NCBI GenBank assembly: GCA_965226205.1
Contig: CBDDCJ010000029.1
Span: 20,667 to 84,666, forward strand
Length of the DNA stretch: 64,000 bases
Origin: Opitutales bacterium
GTDB lineage: Bacteria; Verrucomicrobiota; Verrucomicrobiia; Opitutales; UBA2987
Reading direction: 5' to 3'
Shown here: positions 9,005-18,436 of the stretch, piece by piece
How the letters are laid out: each line of letters starts with the position of its first letter
Numbering within the stretch: position 1 is the stretch's first letter
The notes under the pieces: model-generated
Databases searched by the model: none
The model's input: the letters and a program-made list of their open reading frames with translations, nothing else
What the model was told of the DNA's origin: nothing
Program-made: the position numbers and the translations under genes

Positions 9005-10345
9005 TCACGTTTGGGAAGGCATGAAACTTAGTAGGAGGCGCTCGACCGAAGCGTTTTTATTGAAGGTTAGGGTCCATCTTCCATTTGGTCGATTCAATCG
9101 GCCTGCTTTGAGCAGGAGGTTCCTTCGCAGGGTGTGCCAGTTTTCAAATTTCCACAGCGCGCTGCGCTTTTCGTTGGTGTGCCGGCGGGTGGCCGCGCGT
9201 TCCATTTGCAATTCCGGGTCAGGTTGTGAGCCAGCAGGTTGGCCAGTAAAAAGACTTTGTTGGCGTTCCACCGGCGGGCCGGAATGTAGTCCATCTGTCC
9301 GTGGTTTTTCAATTCCCCGAAGATGCTTTCCTGTGCTCCGCGCCCTTCATGAAAGCGCACCACTTTTCTGGTTATGCACTTCTTGTTCGTTACGATTGCC
9401 TTGAACTGATAGCCGCGTTGGCGAGGCTCGAATAAATCCAGTTGCAAGGGCCCCTTAATCTGTTCATTGACTTCGGCGCGGATAAACACAAAACGGTTTC
9501 TTCGGTCCCAGCTCTTCGGTTTCCACCGTTTCTCGAAATAGCCCAGCTCTTTTTCTGCGCTGCTCAGATACCACCACAGCCGTCTGTTTTCGATCAAATC
9601 CTTCAGGGCCACTAACCGCGCAAAGGGAACCGATATGGTGTATTCGAGCTTTAGCGATTCCAGCGTTTGCACCATCTCATCGCTGAAGAAGGCACTGTCC
9701 ATGCGGGTTTCCACCTTCGCTGAGGGCAAGACCTCCCGCACCATTTGCACACACCGGCGCATAAACTCGATGGCTCCATGGGAGTCGTGCACGTTGCCAC
9801 TGCGATGCAAAACCGCTAAGACTTGTCCGGTTTGCCCCACGGTGCAAAAGAGCGGGTAGTAACTGCGCTGCCCTTTCTTTTTGCGGTTGAATCCAACGGC
9901 CGTCCCTTCGGCCCGCCGGCGGGCGCTCAGCACACTGCCGTCAAAGTCCAGCGTAATGCGCGCCAAACCCTCCTGTGCAAGCCGCTGCAACACTAACTGG
10001 GCATTGATTTTTTCCAGCCCCAGCAGGCTGCGCCCGTCGAATTGCTCCAACATCCGGCTTATCGTCGGCACGCTGGGCAACCGCTTCATTCCGGCCATCT
10101 GTCGCACCAGCGGATCCTCCTTATAGAAATCGATGTCGCGCAAGGGCCGAAACCCAAGCACAATGTGGATGACCAACAGTTGCACTATCCGGCCAAAGCG
10201 GTAATGGCTGCCGACTTGCAGGTGACGGCAGCAACAGTCCAGTTTTTGCGCTAATTGCAATCTCTCCAATAACGGTTTGAAAATGACCAATCCGCCATAA
10301 GAGGTCATTTGCTCCTTGGCGAATTTGATCTGAGGCAGACATCAT
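9005..10345 (-). mobile_element. IS1380-family element, transposase frameshifted near C-terminus; ends not defined
   Basis: ORF 9094..10308 has ..KEQMTSYGGLVIF.., NRKKKGQRSYYPLF and FHEGRGAQESIFGELK. The expected C-terminus (LTRELQMERAATRRHTNEKRSALW...AGRLNRPNGRWTLT) is in another frame (9005..9271). The upstream ATG at about 10343 is also out of frame. I could not find convincing terminal IRs. Confidence 0.7.
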
Positions 10346-10469
10346 TTTCTTGCCTTAATATCCCTTTTTGCTATCTTCACATTTAGTGGCTGGTTAAGAG
10401 TTTGGAATTTTAGTTATGAAAAATCCATAATATACTCTTAATCAGCCATATACAACTTATTTATACCCT

Positions 10470-11736
10470 CTATAAATACTTTTTTATGAAACTATGGGGT
10501 TTGTTCGCTTGCTCATTCGCTCGGCCCGATGTTCCGTTCTTATTCAATGGCTTTCCGCTAATTCCTGTCTTACCAACATCCCCAGATTTATTTTCTACAA
10601 TATCGTAGCGATGTTGTGGTTTTGTGCTGGACTTGGAATTGCCATGTACTGGTTTCTTAGCGGCTCCACTTGCCCTTTCAACTTTTTTGGTATCTGTTAC
10701 AGTGTCAACAGCTTTCTCTGTTGCCTTTAATGCATCGACAGCTTCGTCAGCATATCTTGATGCTTTTAGGCCTACTGAAAATCCACCCGGAATAAATGGA
10801 ATAGCAGCTGCGGCTATATCGCCTATGGCGGCAGCTCCAGATTTTGCTGCTTCCTTCCATTCTCCGGCGTAAATATTGGCCCTGTCTCAAATACACCGAC
10901 TACCGCGCTGCCAATATCCCAAAACGTCTCAGAAGTAAAAAACAGCCCCAAAGCGTCATAAGCATTGATCGGATTGTTACCCGCGAAGATGTAGAGGTTG
11001 ATATCGCTGTTGCTCGGGGTGAGGCCAACGGTCAGGGACGGAAAGCTGTCAAATTCGAGCCCGTTGCTGCCGCCTTGGTTGCTGCTGTGGGCGGTGGCGT
11101 TGGCGCTGTAGAACTTTTTGTCCTTCTCGAAGGTCGAGGCGATGGTGCTGTTGCGGAAACCGCCGATTTGCAATTCCTCCGTCGAGTGGGTCAGCGAAGT
11201 GTTGCGCAGCAAGGCGTCTTGTTTCTCCCTCCATTCGTCGAAAAAGTTCCGCCCCGGCAAGCTGCCGCCACTGAAGAACGGATTGGTCGTGGCAAAGCTC
11301 AAATCCTGATAAAGCGTCCAGCCGCCCCGCTCCTCAATGGGGTCGCGATTGATGAACCGCCCCAGGCTCGCGCTGTAGTAGCGGAACCCGTAGTAGCTCA
11401 ACTCCGTCTCCGAATCGTAATATTTGGTCGAGAACCGGAAAGGATTCTCATCCGCAAAAGAACCCGTGGACCGCAGCAATTCCCAAAAGGCGAGTATTCA
11501 TAAGCCGCCACCAGGCTGCCATCACCCGCGTCGGTCAAAGACGTCAAATTGCCATTGCCATCATAACCGGCCAAATAAACCGGCTCGCCCGCATCCACAT
11601 GATCCTGCAAAGCCAAAAGCCCCCCAATATGCCCAGCCCCACCCACAGAACCCGACAAATCCGGCCCCCAGGTGATTAATTTATTAGCTGCAGATGAACG
11701 CGGATGGGCGCGGATTATGGAATTAATTTTGATCAA
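10470..11736 (-). pseudogene. Orphan RHS C-terminal core plus toxin-like tip, 5'-truncated, 2 frameshifts
   Basis: WGPDLSGSVGGAGHIGGLLAL...YEYSPFG | ELLRSTGSFADENPFRFSTKYYDSETELSYYGFRYYSASLGRFINRDPIEERGG...NLYIFAGNNPINAYDALGL. A third frame then carries ..IYAGEWKEAAKSG...KPVHGNSKSSTKPQHRYDIVENKSGDVGKTGISG.. down to the stop at 10470. The shifts are near 11482-11484 (GGG run) and about 10880-10930. Confidence 0.8.
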
Positions 11737-11777
11737 ATTACTGTATTTCTATCTGTGCAAATCTGTGTAATCCGTGG
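11690..11777. repeat. Inverted arrays of 10-bp-phased heptamers (ATCYGYG family)
   Basis: GCAGATGAACGCGGATGGGCGCGGATTATGG (11690-11720) faces ATCTGTGCAAATCTGTGTAATCCGTGG (11751-11777). Confidence 0.65.
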
Positions 11778-12100
11778 TTTTATAAAACATTCGACAGCAC
11801 ATGGAGGCGGAGGGACCTTGTGTTGGCGTGTCTGGATAGTAGGGGCAGGCGTACTAATGAGCAACCAACCCGAGAAGCTGGCTTTAAGGTTCGCCGTCAT
11901 TTGGCATCTCCTTTGCTGTGGTGTGCCCTCCGCTTTGGCTCTGGCCGAAATAACCGCCGACTACATGATTTATCACGTCAGCCGGAAATAATTGCTTTCC
12001 GCCTTAATCTGAGTTTCTTTATTTATAGGGATGTCTTTGAAGGAGTTTCTGGAATTGACGCCGACAGTCACAGCGTCTGAGCGCCTATCCGGGTAGAGAA

Positions 12101-13213
12101 ATGGAAGAAGTCAGATTGGGAATAGCGGGTTTGGGAGACATGGGCGTGAATCATGCCCGGAAGATTCTTGCCGGAGATATTCGGGGGTTGCAACTGGCGG
12201 CCGTGTGCGATCTGCGGGCGGAGGCCCTGACGGCGTTTCCCGCCGCCGCGCATTTCCATGCCAGTGGTGAAATGATCCGCTCGGGAGCTATCGATGCCGT
12301 GTTGATCGCAACCCCGCATTTTGACCATACCAGCGTTGGCATCGAAGCCCTCGAAGGGGGGCTGCACGTCCTCGTGGAAAAACCTGTCTCGGTGCACAAG
12401 GCGGATTGTGAGCGGCTCTTTGCGGCCCATCGCGACGAACGGCAGGTCTTCGCGGCCATGTTTAATCAGCGGACCCAGAATCCCCATCGTTGGCTACACG
12501 CTCTCATTCACGGCGGCGAACTGGGAGAGATTCGCCGTATCGTCTGGATAATCACCAACTGGTTCCGAACGGAAGCCTATTATCGTTCCGGGGGATGGCG
12601 TGCCACCTGGGCAGGGGAGGGTGGGGGAGTCCTCCTGAACCAATGCCCGCACCAGCTCGATCTCTGGCAGTGGCTCTTCGGTATGCCCAAACGGTTGACC
12701 GCCCAATGCGCACTGGGGCGGTTCCACGATATCGAAGTCGAGGATGATGTGACCGCCTTTTTCGAGTACGAGAACGGCTGCACGGGTATATTTATCACTT
12801 CGACGGGAGAATCTCCCGGCAGCAACCGGTTGGAAATATCGGGTGAAAAGGGACGCGTAGTTCTAGAGAACAAAAGTCTGTCCTACACGCGAAATCTGGT
12901 TCCCATGTCACAGTTTGGACAGGATGCGGAAAAAGGATTCGCGCGCCCCCCGAGCGAGGAAGTCGAGATCGAGTTACCCCCGAGCGAAAACCAGCACAGC
13001 ATCATCCTTCAAAATTTCGCCGACGCTATTCTCCAGGGGGCGGACTTGATCGCCCCGGCCAAGGACGGTATACATTCGGTCGAATTGGCAAACGCCATGA
13101 TCTATTCCGGTATCGAGAATAGGCCGGTCGAACTTCCCCTCGATGCCGAGGCCTATGAATCATTTCTCAACAGGTTGATCCGGGAATCGGAAAACAGCCC
13201 ATTGTCTGTTTGA
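12101..13213 (+). CDS. Gfo/Idh/MocA family oxidoreductase
   Basis: 370-aa ORF with N-terminal Rossmann LGIAGLGDMGVNHA and EKPVS motif. Confidence 0.85.
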   Translation: MEEVRLGIAGLGDMGVNHARKILAGDIRGLQLAAVCDLRAEALTAFPAAAHFHASGEMIRSGAIDAVLIATPHFDHTSVGIEALEGGLHVLVEKPVSVHKADCERLFAAHRDERQVFAAMFNQRTQNPHRWLHALIHGGELGEIRRIVWIITNWFRTEAYYRSGGWRATWAGEGGGVLLNQCPHQLDLWQWLFGMPKRLTAQCALGRFHDIEVEDDVTAFFEYENGCTGIFITSTGESPGSNRLEISGEKGRVVLENKSLSYTRNLVPMSQFGQDAEKGFARPPSEEVEIELPPSENQHSIILQNFADAILQGADLIAPAKDGIHSVELANAMIYSGIENRPVELPLDAEAYESFLNRLIRESENSPLSV

Positions 13214-13264
13214 ATATCACACCCGCCCACCCACTTCCACATCATTGCATCCCCTCTTCCCGTC

Positions 13265-13882
13265 ATGAATTCTGCGGCCAATCTACTTTTTATTTGGACC
13301 GATCAGCAGCGGGCCGACAGCCTGCCATGTTACGGCAACGCCTTTGCCTCCACGCCCCACCTGGATCGATTGGCGAGCGAAAGTTTCATCTTTGAGCGGG
13401 CCTACTGCACACAACCGGTTTGCACCCCTTCGAGGGCCTCCATTCTGACCGGGTTGTGGCCGCATACGCACGGCTGTATCAGCAACAACTACCCCCTCGC
13501 ACCGGAGAGTCGGACCATCGCGGAACAGGTCGGCGACCGTTATCACTGTGCCTATTACGGCAAGTGGCATCTGGGTGATGAGCTGTCTCCGCAGCATGGA
13601 TTCGATGACTGGGTCAGTATCGAGGACGGGATATACCGAGCCTACTACTCGGACTCGGAAATGCTTTAGCAACGCAGCAATTACCACCATTTCCTCATGC
13701 AGCAAGGGGTTCCCCCGATCAATAAGAGAAGGACGGGGATGGGAGAGTCTTTTCGCGATTTTTTTCGCTGCCTTGGCAGAACCCTATACCAAAGCGAGGC
13801 ATAGGCTGTTGAAGCCTGCTTTTTCAGTTATGAAGTCCAGAGTCCGTTCCACTCCTTCATCGTGCGAATCCCAGAGATAGGT
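13265..13882 (+). pseudogene. Sulfatase, in-frame TAG, frameshifts, 3' end lost at a MITE
   Basis: The N-terminus is LLFIWTDQQRADSL...CTPSRASILTGLWPH (C-x-P-x-R). There is an in-frame TAG at 13667-13669. Homology (..AALAEPYTKA..) continues in another frame. The sequence ends at the MITE and nothing resumes after it. Confidence 0.8.
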
Positions 13883-14182
13883 AGAGGCTGTCCCAAAGTT
13901 ATAACCATTTGTTTTACAGTAAGTTAACTTGTTTATAAAGCTGTCATAAAGACCGTTTTTAGGGGATTTTGGGCAATTTCGATGTCTATAACACCGTCAG
14001 CCTTTCTCTTGTTTTGCATATTCAAATACAATTCTACCATAGACCTCTGTCTGACGCGATTATATTTATAACGAAAAGAGGCCTTATACAGCGTTTTTGA
14101 CGGAATTGAATGACTTACGTTCCCTTACAGTTCGGAGTCGAATATCTCAATTCGCAAAATTCGGGTTTTTGGGACAGCCTCT
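13883..14182. mobile_element. 300-bp MITE, copy A1 (termini AGAGGCTGTCCCAAA), TSD AGGT
   Basis: 15-bp perfect terminal inverted repeats. AGGT is duplicated at 13879-13882 and 14183-14186. There is no ORF of note. Confidence 0.85.
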
Positions 14183-14293
14183 AGGTAAAAAGGGAAACAG
14201 TTTTCATCGTTATATTTTTCGATCTGGGACACTATTCTCAATTCTGATGATGGCTACTCTCTATTCCCGTTTCATACCCTCGCTCACATGCCA

Positions 14294-15374
14294 TCAGCGG
14301 TAAACGGCTTGAATCAAGGCCCTCATGAAACCGGCCGCAAATGCCCGCCCTTCCCGGTCCAGCCGGTCATTGGGAATTTGCGGTGTGTGGTCCATCATAA
14401 AAGGCCCTTTGAAACCAATATCGCGATAGGCGCGCATGGCTTCAAACATGTCCACATTTCCTTCATCCACAAATACTTCCTGGAAATCGTGAGGGCTTCC
14501 ACGGACATTGCGGAAATGAACATAGATAATTTTATTTTGCCGTCCCATTCGTCGTATGGTTTCGTAAACATCGACACCCATTTCGGTCACGCAGCCCTGG
14601 CAGAAAAGCATGCCGTGGACGGCGCTGGGCGCGAGTTGAAAAATCTTTTCGTAGTTCTCGATCGAGGAAACAATGCGCGGGTAGCCGCCAAAGGGTTCCG
14701 CTATCGGCGGGTCGTCGGGATGCAGGGCCAAACGCACACCGGCTTGTTCCGCCGCCGGAACAATGCGACGCAGCAGATATTGCAAATTTTCCCACATTTG
14801 TTCTTCCGGGATTTTCACCGGCTGATCTTTTTCCGATGAACTCCGCGCATATTCCCGATAGTTAAAACTGCTGTAGAGCGCGCCTCCGCGACCCTTTTGG
14901 GGAGTTGTGCGAAGGATGGTAATCGGTTTGAAGTTGTAACCGAAAAACGGAATCCCGACTTCTCCCATGGCTTTTAACAGGTTGCGCCACTGCTCGATTT
15001 TTTCATCCCTCCCGGGCAAACCGAGGGAAATGGCATGGGGACATCTTTTGCAAAGCGTTTGCAATTTCAGGCCGTGGGCCTCGGCCTTTTTTTTTCATGT
15101 CCTCACAGTAAACGGCCATTTCATCGAAGTTGTCCATTGGCGGGGGCGGATAAATGGACAGCGAGTCCACCCCGATTGCGCGGAAAAAATCCAGATTCTC
15201 AGCGCACACGAGATCTGCTGGCAATTGTTCCTGTATAGTGGCCTGATCGTTCAAAATGTTTGCCAGATAAGAAGGATAATCAAAACATAAGGCAATTGCG
15301 GATTCGTCAATGCATCTCGATATTATGATTAAATTTACTAATTTTTCCAGTGAGGACATTAAGCGCTGTAACAC
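14294..15374 (-). pseudogene. uxuA: Mannonate dehydratase, frameshift in an A9 run
   Basis: ORFs 15003..15374 and 14294..15064 join as ..EDMKKK|AEAHGLKLQTLCKRCPHAISLGLPGRDEKIEQW.. if the A9 run (T9 on the plus strand, 15087-15095) is read as A8. The C-terminal part is typical UxuA (..VHFRNVRG..FMMDHTP..). Confidence 0.8.
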
Positions 15375-16303
15375 TTAAGGGCCTCTGGTCTGCCATCCAT
15401 TCGCCCTGGGGAGAGGACGGCAGGCTTGATGAGGGCGCTCTGCGGCGCAATTGCCAAAAATTGGCCGCGGCCAAGGTGGACGGCATTTATACGACCGACA
15501 GCGACGGTGAGTTTTACGCCATTGAGTTGGATGAATTCCAGCGATTGGCGAAGGCCTTCGGGCGGGCCGTCGAGCCGACCGGGGTGGATGCCGCCATGGG
15601 CGTGACGTGGAGCCATACACAGGGAATCATCGACCGCATCAAGGCCTCATGCGAGGCTGGAGTGTCCAATGTGCATGTGGCCTTCCCGTTTTTCATGCCA
15701 CCGGCCAAGAGCGATGTTGACCGGTTCTGGGATGACTTGGCGGGGGCCGTCCCGCAAGCCCGATGGATCCACTATGCCCACCCCGGATGCGGACCGGCAT
15801 TGACCGGCATTGACTATGCCCGGCTCTCGGAAAGATTTCCCGAACAGTTTATCGGAACCAAAACCACCACCCAAATAACTTCTGCATTGACGGAGGTTTT
15901 GGCCAATTCGGGTCATCTGGCCCATTTTGTCGGTGAATTCACACTGACGCAAGGAATGCTGCTGGGGGCAAAAGGTTGCAACAGCTATTGGGTAAACATC
16001 ATGCCCGGATGGATGCGGAAATATTTTGATGTCTGCCTCGAAGGCGACTGGGCAACCGCAGCCCGTCTTCAAAAAAAATTGATAAAATGGGAACTTTCCG
16101 GGGTACAGCCGCTGCGCGATGCCGGGCATAGACACGCCATCATCGGCAAAGCCAGGGCCGAACTAACCGGCTGGCTGGAGGAATCGGGATGCACCCGCCC
16201 GCCTTATTATCCGGTTTCCCGGGAACTCATAACCGGTATGAAGAAAGCATTTGAGGAATACTGGGCTCATGAAATCGAGGAGGAAAAATTTCCGCAGTCT
16301 TAA
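15350..16303 (+). CDS. Dihydrodipicolinate synthase / N-acetylneuraminate lyase family protein
   Basis: 317-aa ORF (GTG start). DHDPS-family N-terminus GLWSAIHSPWGEDGRLDEGALRRNCQKLAAAKVDGIYTTDSDGEF. Confidence 0.7.
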   Translation: MRTLSAVTLKGLWSAIHSPWGEDGRLDEGALRRNCQKLAAAKVDGIYTTDSDGEFYAIELDEFQRLAKAFGRAVEPTGVDAAMGVTWSHTQGIIDRIKASCEAGVSNVHVAFPFFMPPAKSDVDRFWDDLAGAVPQARWIHYAHPGCGPALTGIDYARLSERFPEQFIGTKTTTQITSALTEVLANSGHLAHFVGEFTLTQGMLLGAKGCNSYWVNIMPGWMRKYFDVCLEGDWATAARLQKKLIKWELSGVQPLRDAGHRHAIIGKARAELTGWLEESGCTRPPYYPVSRELITGMKKAFEEYWAHEIEEEKFPQS

Positions 16304-16339
16304 TTTTCCAATTTTAATTTAAACGAACTTAAATTAGCT

Positions 16340-18234
16340 AGAGGCTGTCCCAAAAGGGTGATTTTTGCGAGGGGATTTTGAAGAGTGTTCATTTTAGTGG
16401 TATTTTCTTTTGGGAGGGGGTGACTTTGCTCTCCTATGACGTTAGGATTCTGGTTTTGGGGTCCGTTTGCCTGGTTTTCTTTGTATGGGCCGACAGTAGG
16501 CCTGTGAAAAAGTATTGTCCTTGCTTTTCCGGCCGACAGTAGGCCTGTGAAAAAGTATTGTCCTTGCTTTTCCGCTCTTTATTTAGGCCGCCGCTTTGGT
16601 TTTTAGTTCATCTTGCTGGGCCAGCATCTTGGCCACTTTCCATAGATTGTGCGAGAGGACCGACCAGGCTACGCTGATCGAGCGGTTGGCAAAGCCTTTG
16701 CTGCGCAATCGCCCGGCCTGCCAGCGATTCTTCAATACCCCGATCCGCCCTTCGGTGCTGGCCCGGCGCTTTTGCAATTGCCTGAAGTGTGGTTCCTCCA
16801 TCCGTTTTTTCAACTGCTTCGGATCGCGTGGACAGAGCGCATCGTAGATGCCCTCCTGGGCTAACTGCCGGCGGGCCCGCTGGGAGGCGAATCCCCGGTC
16901 CGCGCACATGGCCGCTATGGGTTCGGCTAGGTTGAAGCGGTTCTGTCTTTGCAAACTCTCTTGCATTTGTTCATTTTCGCTTGGCGTCCGGCTGCCGTAG
17001 AGTTTCCAGTCCAGCAGGTATCCTTCAACGCTTTCACCCAAAAACAGGGTGTTGCCAAACTCAACCTCTTGGCCCGCTTTGCCTCGCACAATCACCTGCG
17101 CATCGGGTTCGTAAACACTCAAAACTTTCTCTGCGTTTTTCACCTGGCGGCCGCCAATGCGTTTTTCACCTGGCGGCCGCCAATGATTCGCTCGTGCGCT
17201 TGCTTGATGACCACCGGGATTAGCTCGCTCATGCGCTCCATCCGGGTAAGGATCTGTTGGACCTGTTTTTCGCTGTAATCGCTTTGCTCCCAGCAGGCTT
17301 GCAATAATTCCCGGTGACTGCGGGCATGCTCCCCGATCCGTTTGAGCAGCTTTTTCATCTGCCTCAAGATACCCTTGCGTTGCCGCGCGCTGTCCTTTCG
17401 CCGCCGGCTGTGGGTCATCTGTATGCACAGCCGATTCATCTGCCGAGCCAAGGGCTCCGGTTCGATCGGCATGCGATGGCGCAAACCGGCCTTCTCACGG
17501 ATCAGCCGGATCGCTTTGAGCAGCGTGCCCGCTACATCCTTGAGCAGCACCCAGTCCGTCGGCCAATGAATGTTGACCTCCAAACAGGTGCCGTCGATCA
17601 GGCAAATGGTGGTGTCTATCGGCTTGTCCAATCCCACCACCTGCCGGGCCAGATCAGCATCGCCCACAACCTCAGTCAAGGTCCGGTGCAAGGCCCTCAA
17701 CTGCTCTTCGCTGAAAAACTTCGAGGCCCGTTCCAGGGTGCTCTTGGAGATGCCCCTTATGCCGTCGATATGACGGACACGACAAAAGTCAGCCAACAGA
17801 TCGCTGCTGCCCAGAGCCCTCGACAAATGCCGAAACGAAATCCCACCGAGCAGATAACGCAGCGTTTCCATACGCAACGCCTTGAGGGCAAAATTAGCCC
17901 GCTTTTGCCGGGCCTTTACACTCATTGGCTGGCCTCTTTCCAAGGCCAGATCAACGCCCTGCGATTCCACCTCCGAATCGATCAGCAGCCGGTCGATACG
18001 CTCGATGGTGGCGCGAAAGTTATCGTAATCGAGGCAACGGTCGACCACAGTTAAAGCTGGACGCAGGAGGCATTGGATGGCTATATTTTTCATAGAAAGG
18101 GCTATATTGATTTTCGCTAACGCAATTATAGAACCCTTTTTTAGCCGGATCGAGCAAAAAAATGCTCTTTCCGGCTATTTTTATAAACGTCATCCAGTTG
18201 ACTACAAAATCTTTATATTTTTGGGACAGCCTCT
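16340..18234 (-). mobile_element. IS copy 1 (IS5/IS1182-like DDE transposase), defective: 43-bp and 26-bp internal tandem duplications
   Basis: Termini are AGAGGCTGTCCCAAAA. It is 1895 bp, which equals the 1826-bp intact copy plus 43 (16488-16573) plus 26 (17133-17184). The 26-bp duplication splits the transposase into ORFs 17140..18093 and 16583..17428. The flanking 4-mers do not match (AGCT versus AAAT). Confidence 0.85.
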
Positions 18235-18436
18235 AAATAAAGAGCGGAAAAGCAAGGACAATACTTTTTCACAGGCGTACTGTCGGCCCATACAAAGAAA
18301 ACCAGGCAAACGGACCCCAAAACCAGAATCCTAACGTCATAGGAGAGCAAAGTCACCCCCTCCCAAAAGAAAATACCACTAAAATGAACACTCTTCAAAA
18401 TCCCCTCGCAAAAATCACCCTTTTGGGACAGCCTCT
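18235..18436 (+). repeat. Solo inverted copy of the IS left end (202 bp)
   Basis: It is the reverse complement of the first 202 bp of the IS (1 mismatch seen). It abuts the right IR of copy 1. Its inner breakpoint coincides with the transposase stop codon position. Confidence 0.85.

Noticed and set aside
10388-10447. 14-bp-stem hairpin considered as the terminal IR of the IS1380-family element
   Set aside because: Both arms are on the same side of the transposase. I found no matching sequence at the other end (8920-9004), so the IS boundaries remain undefined.
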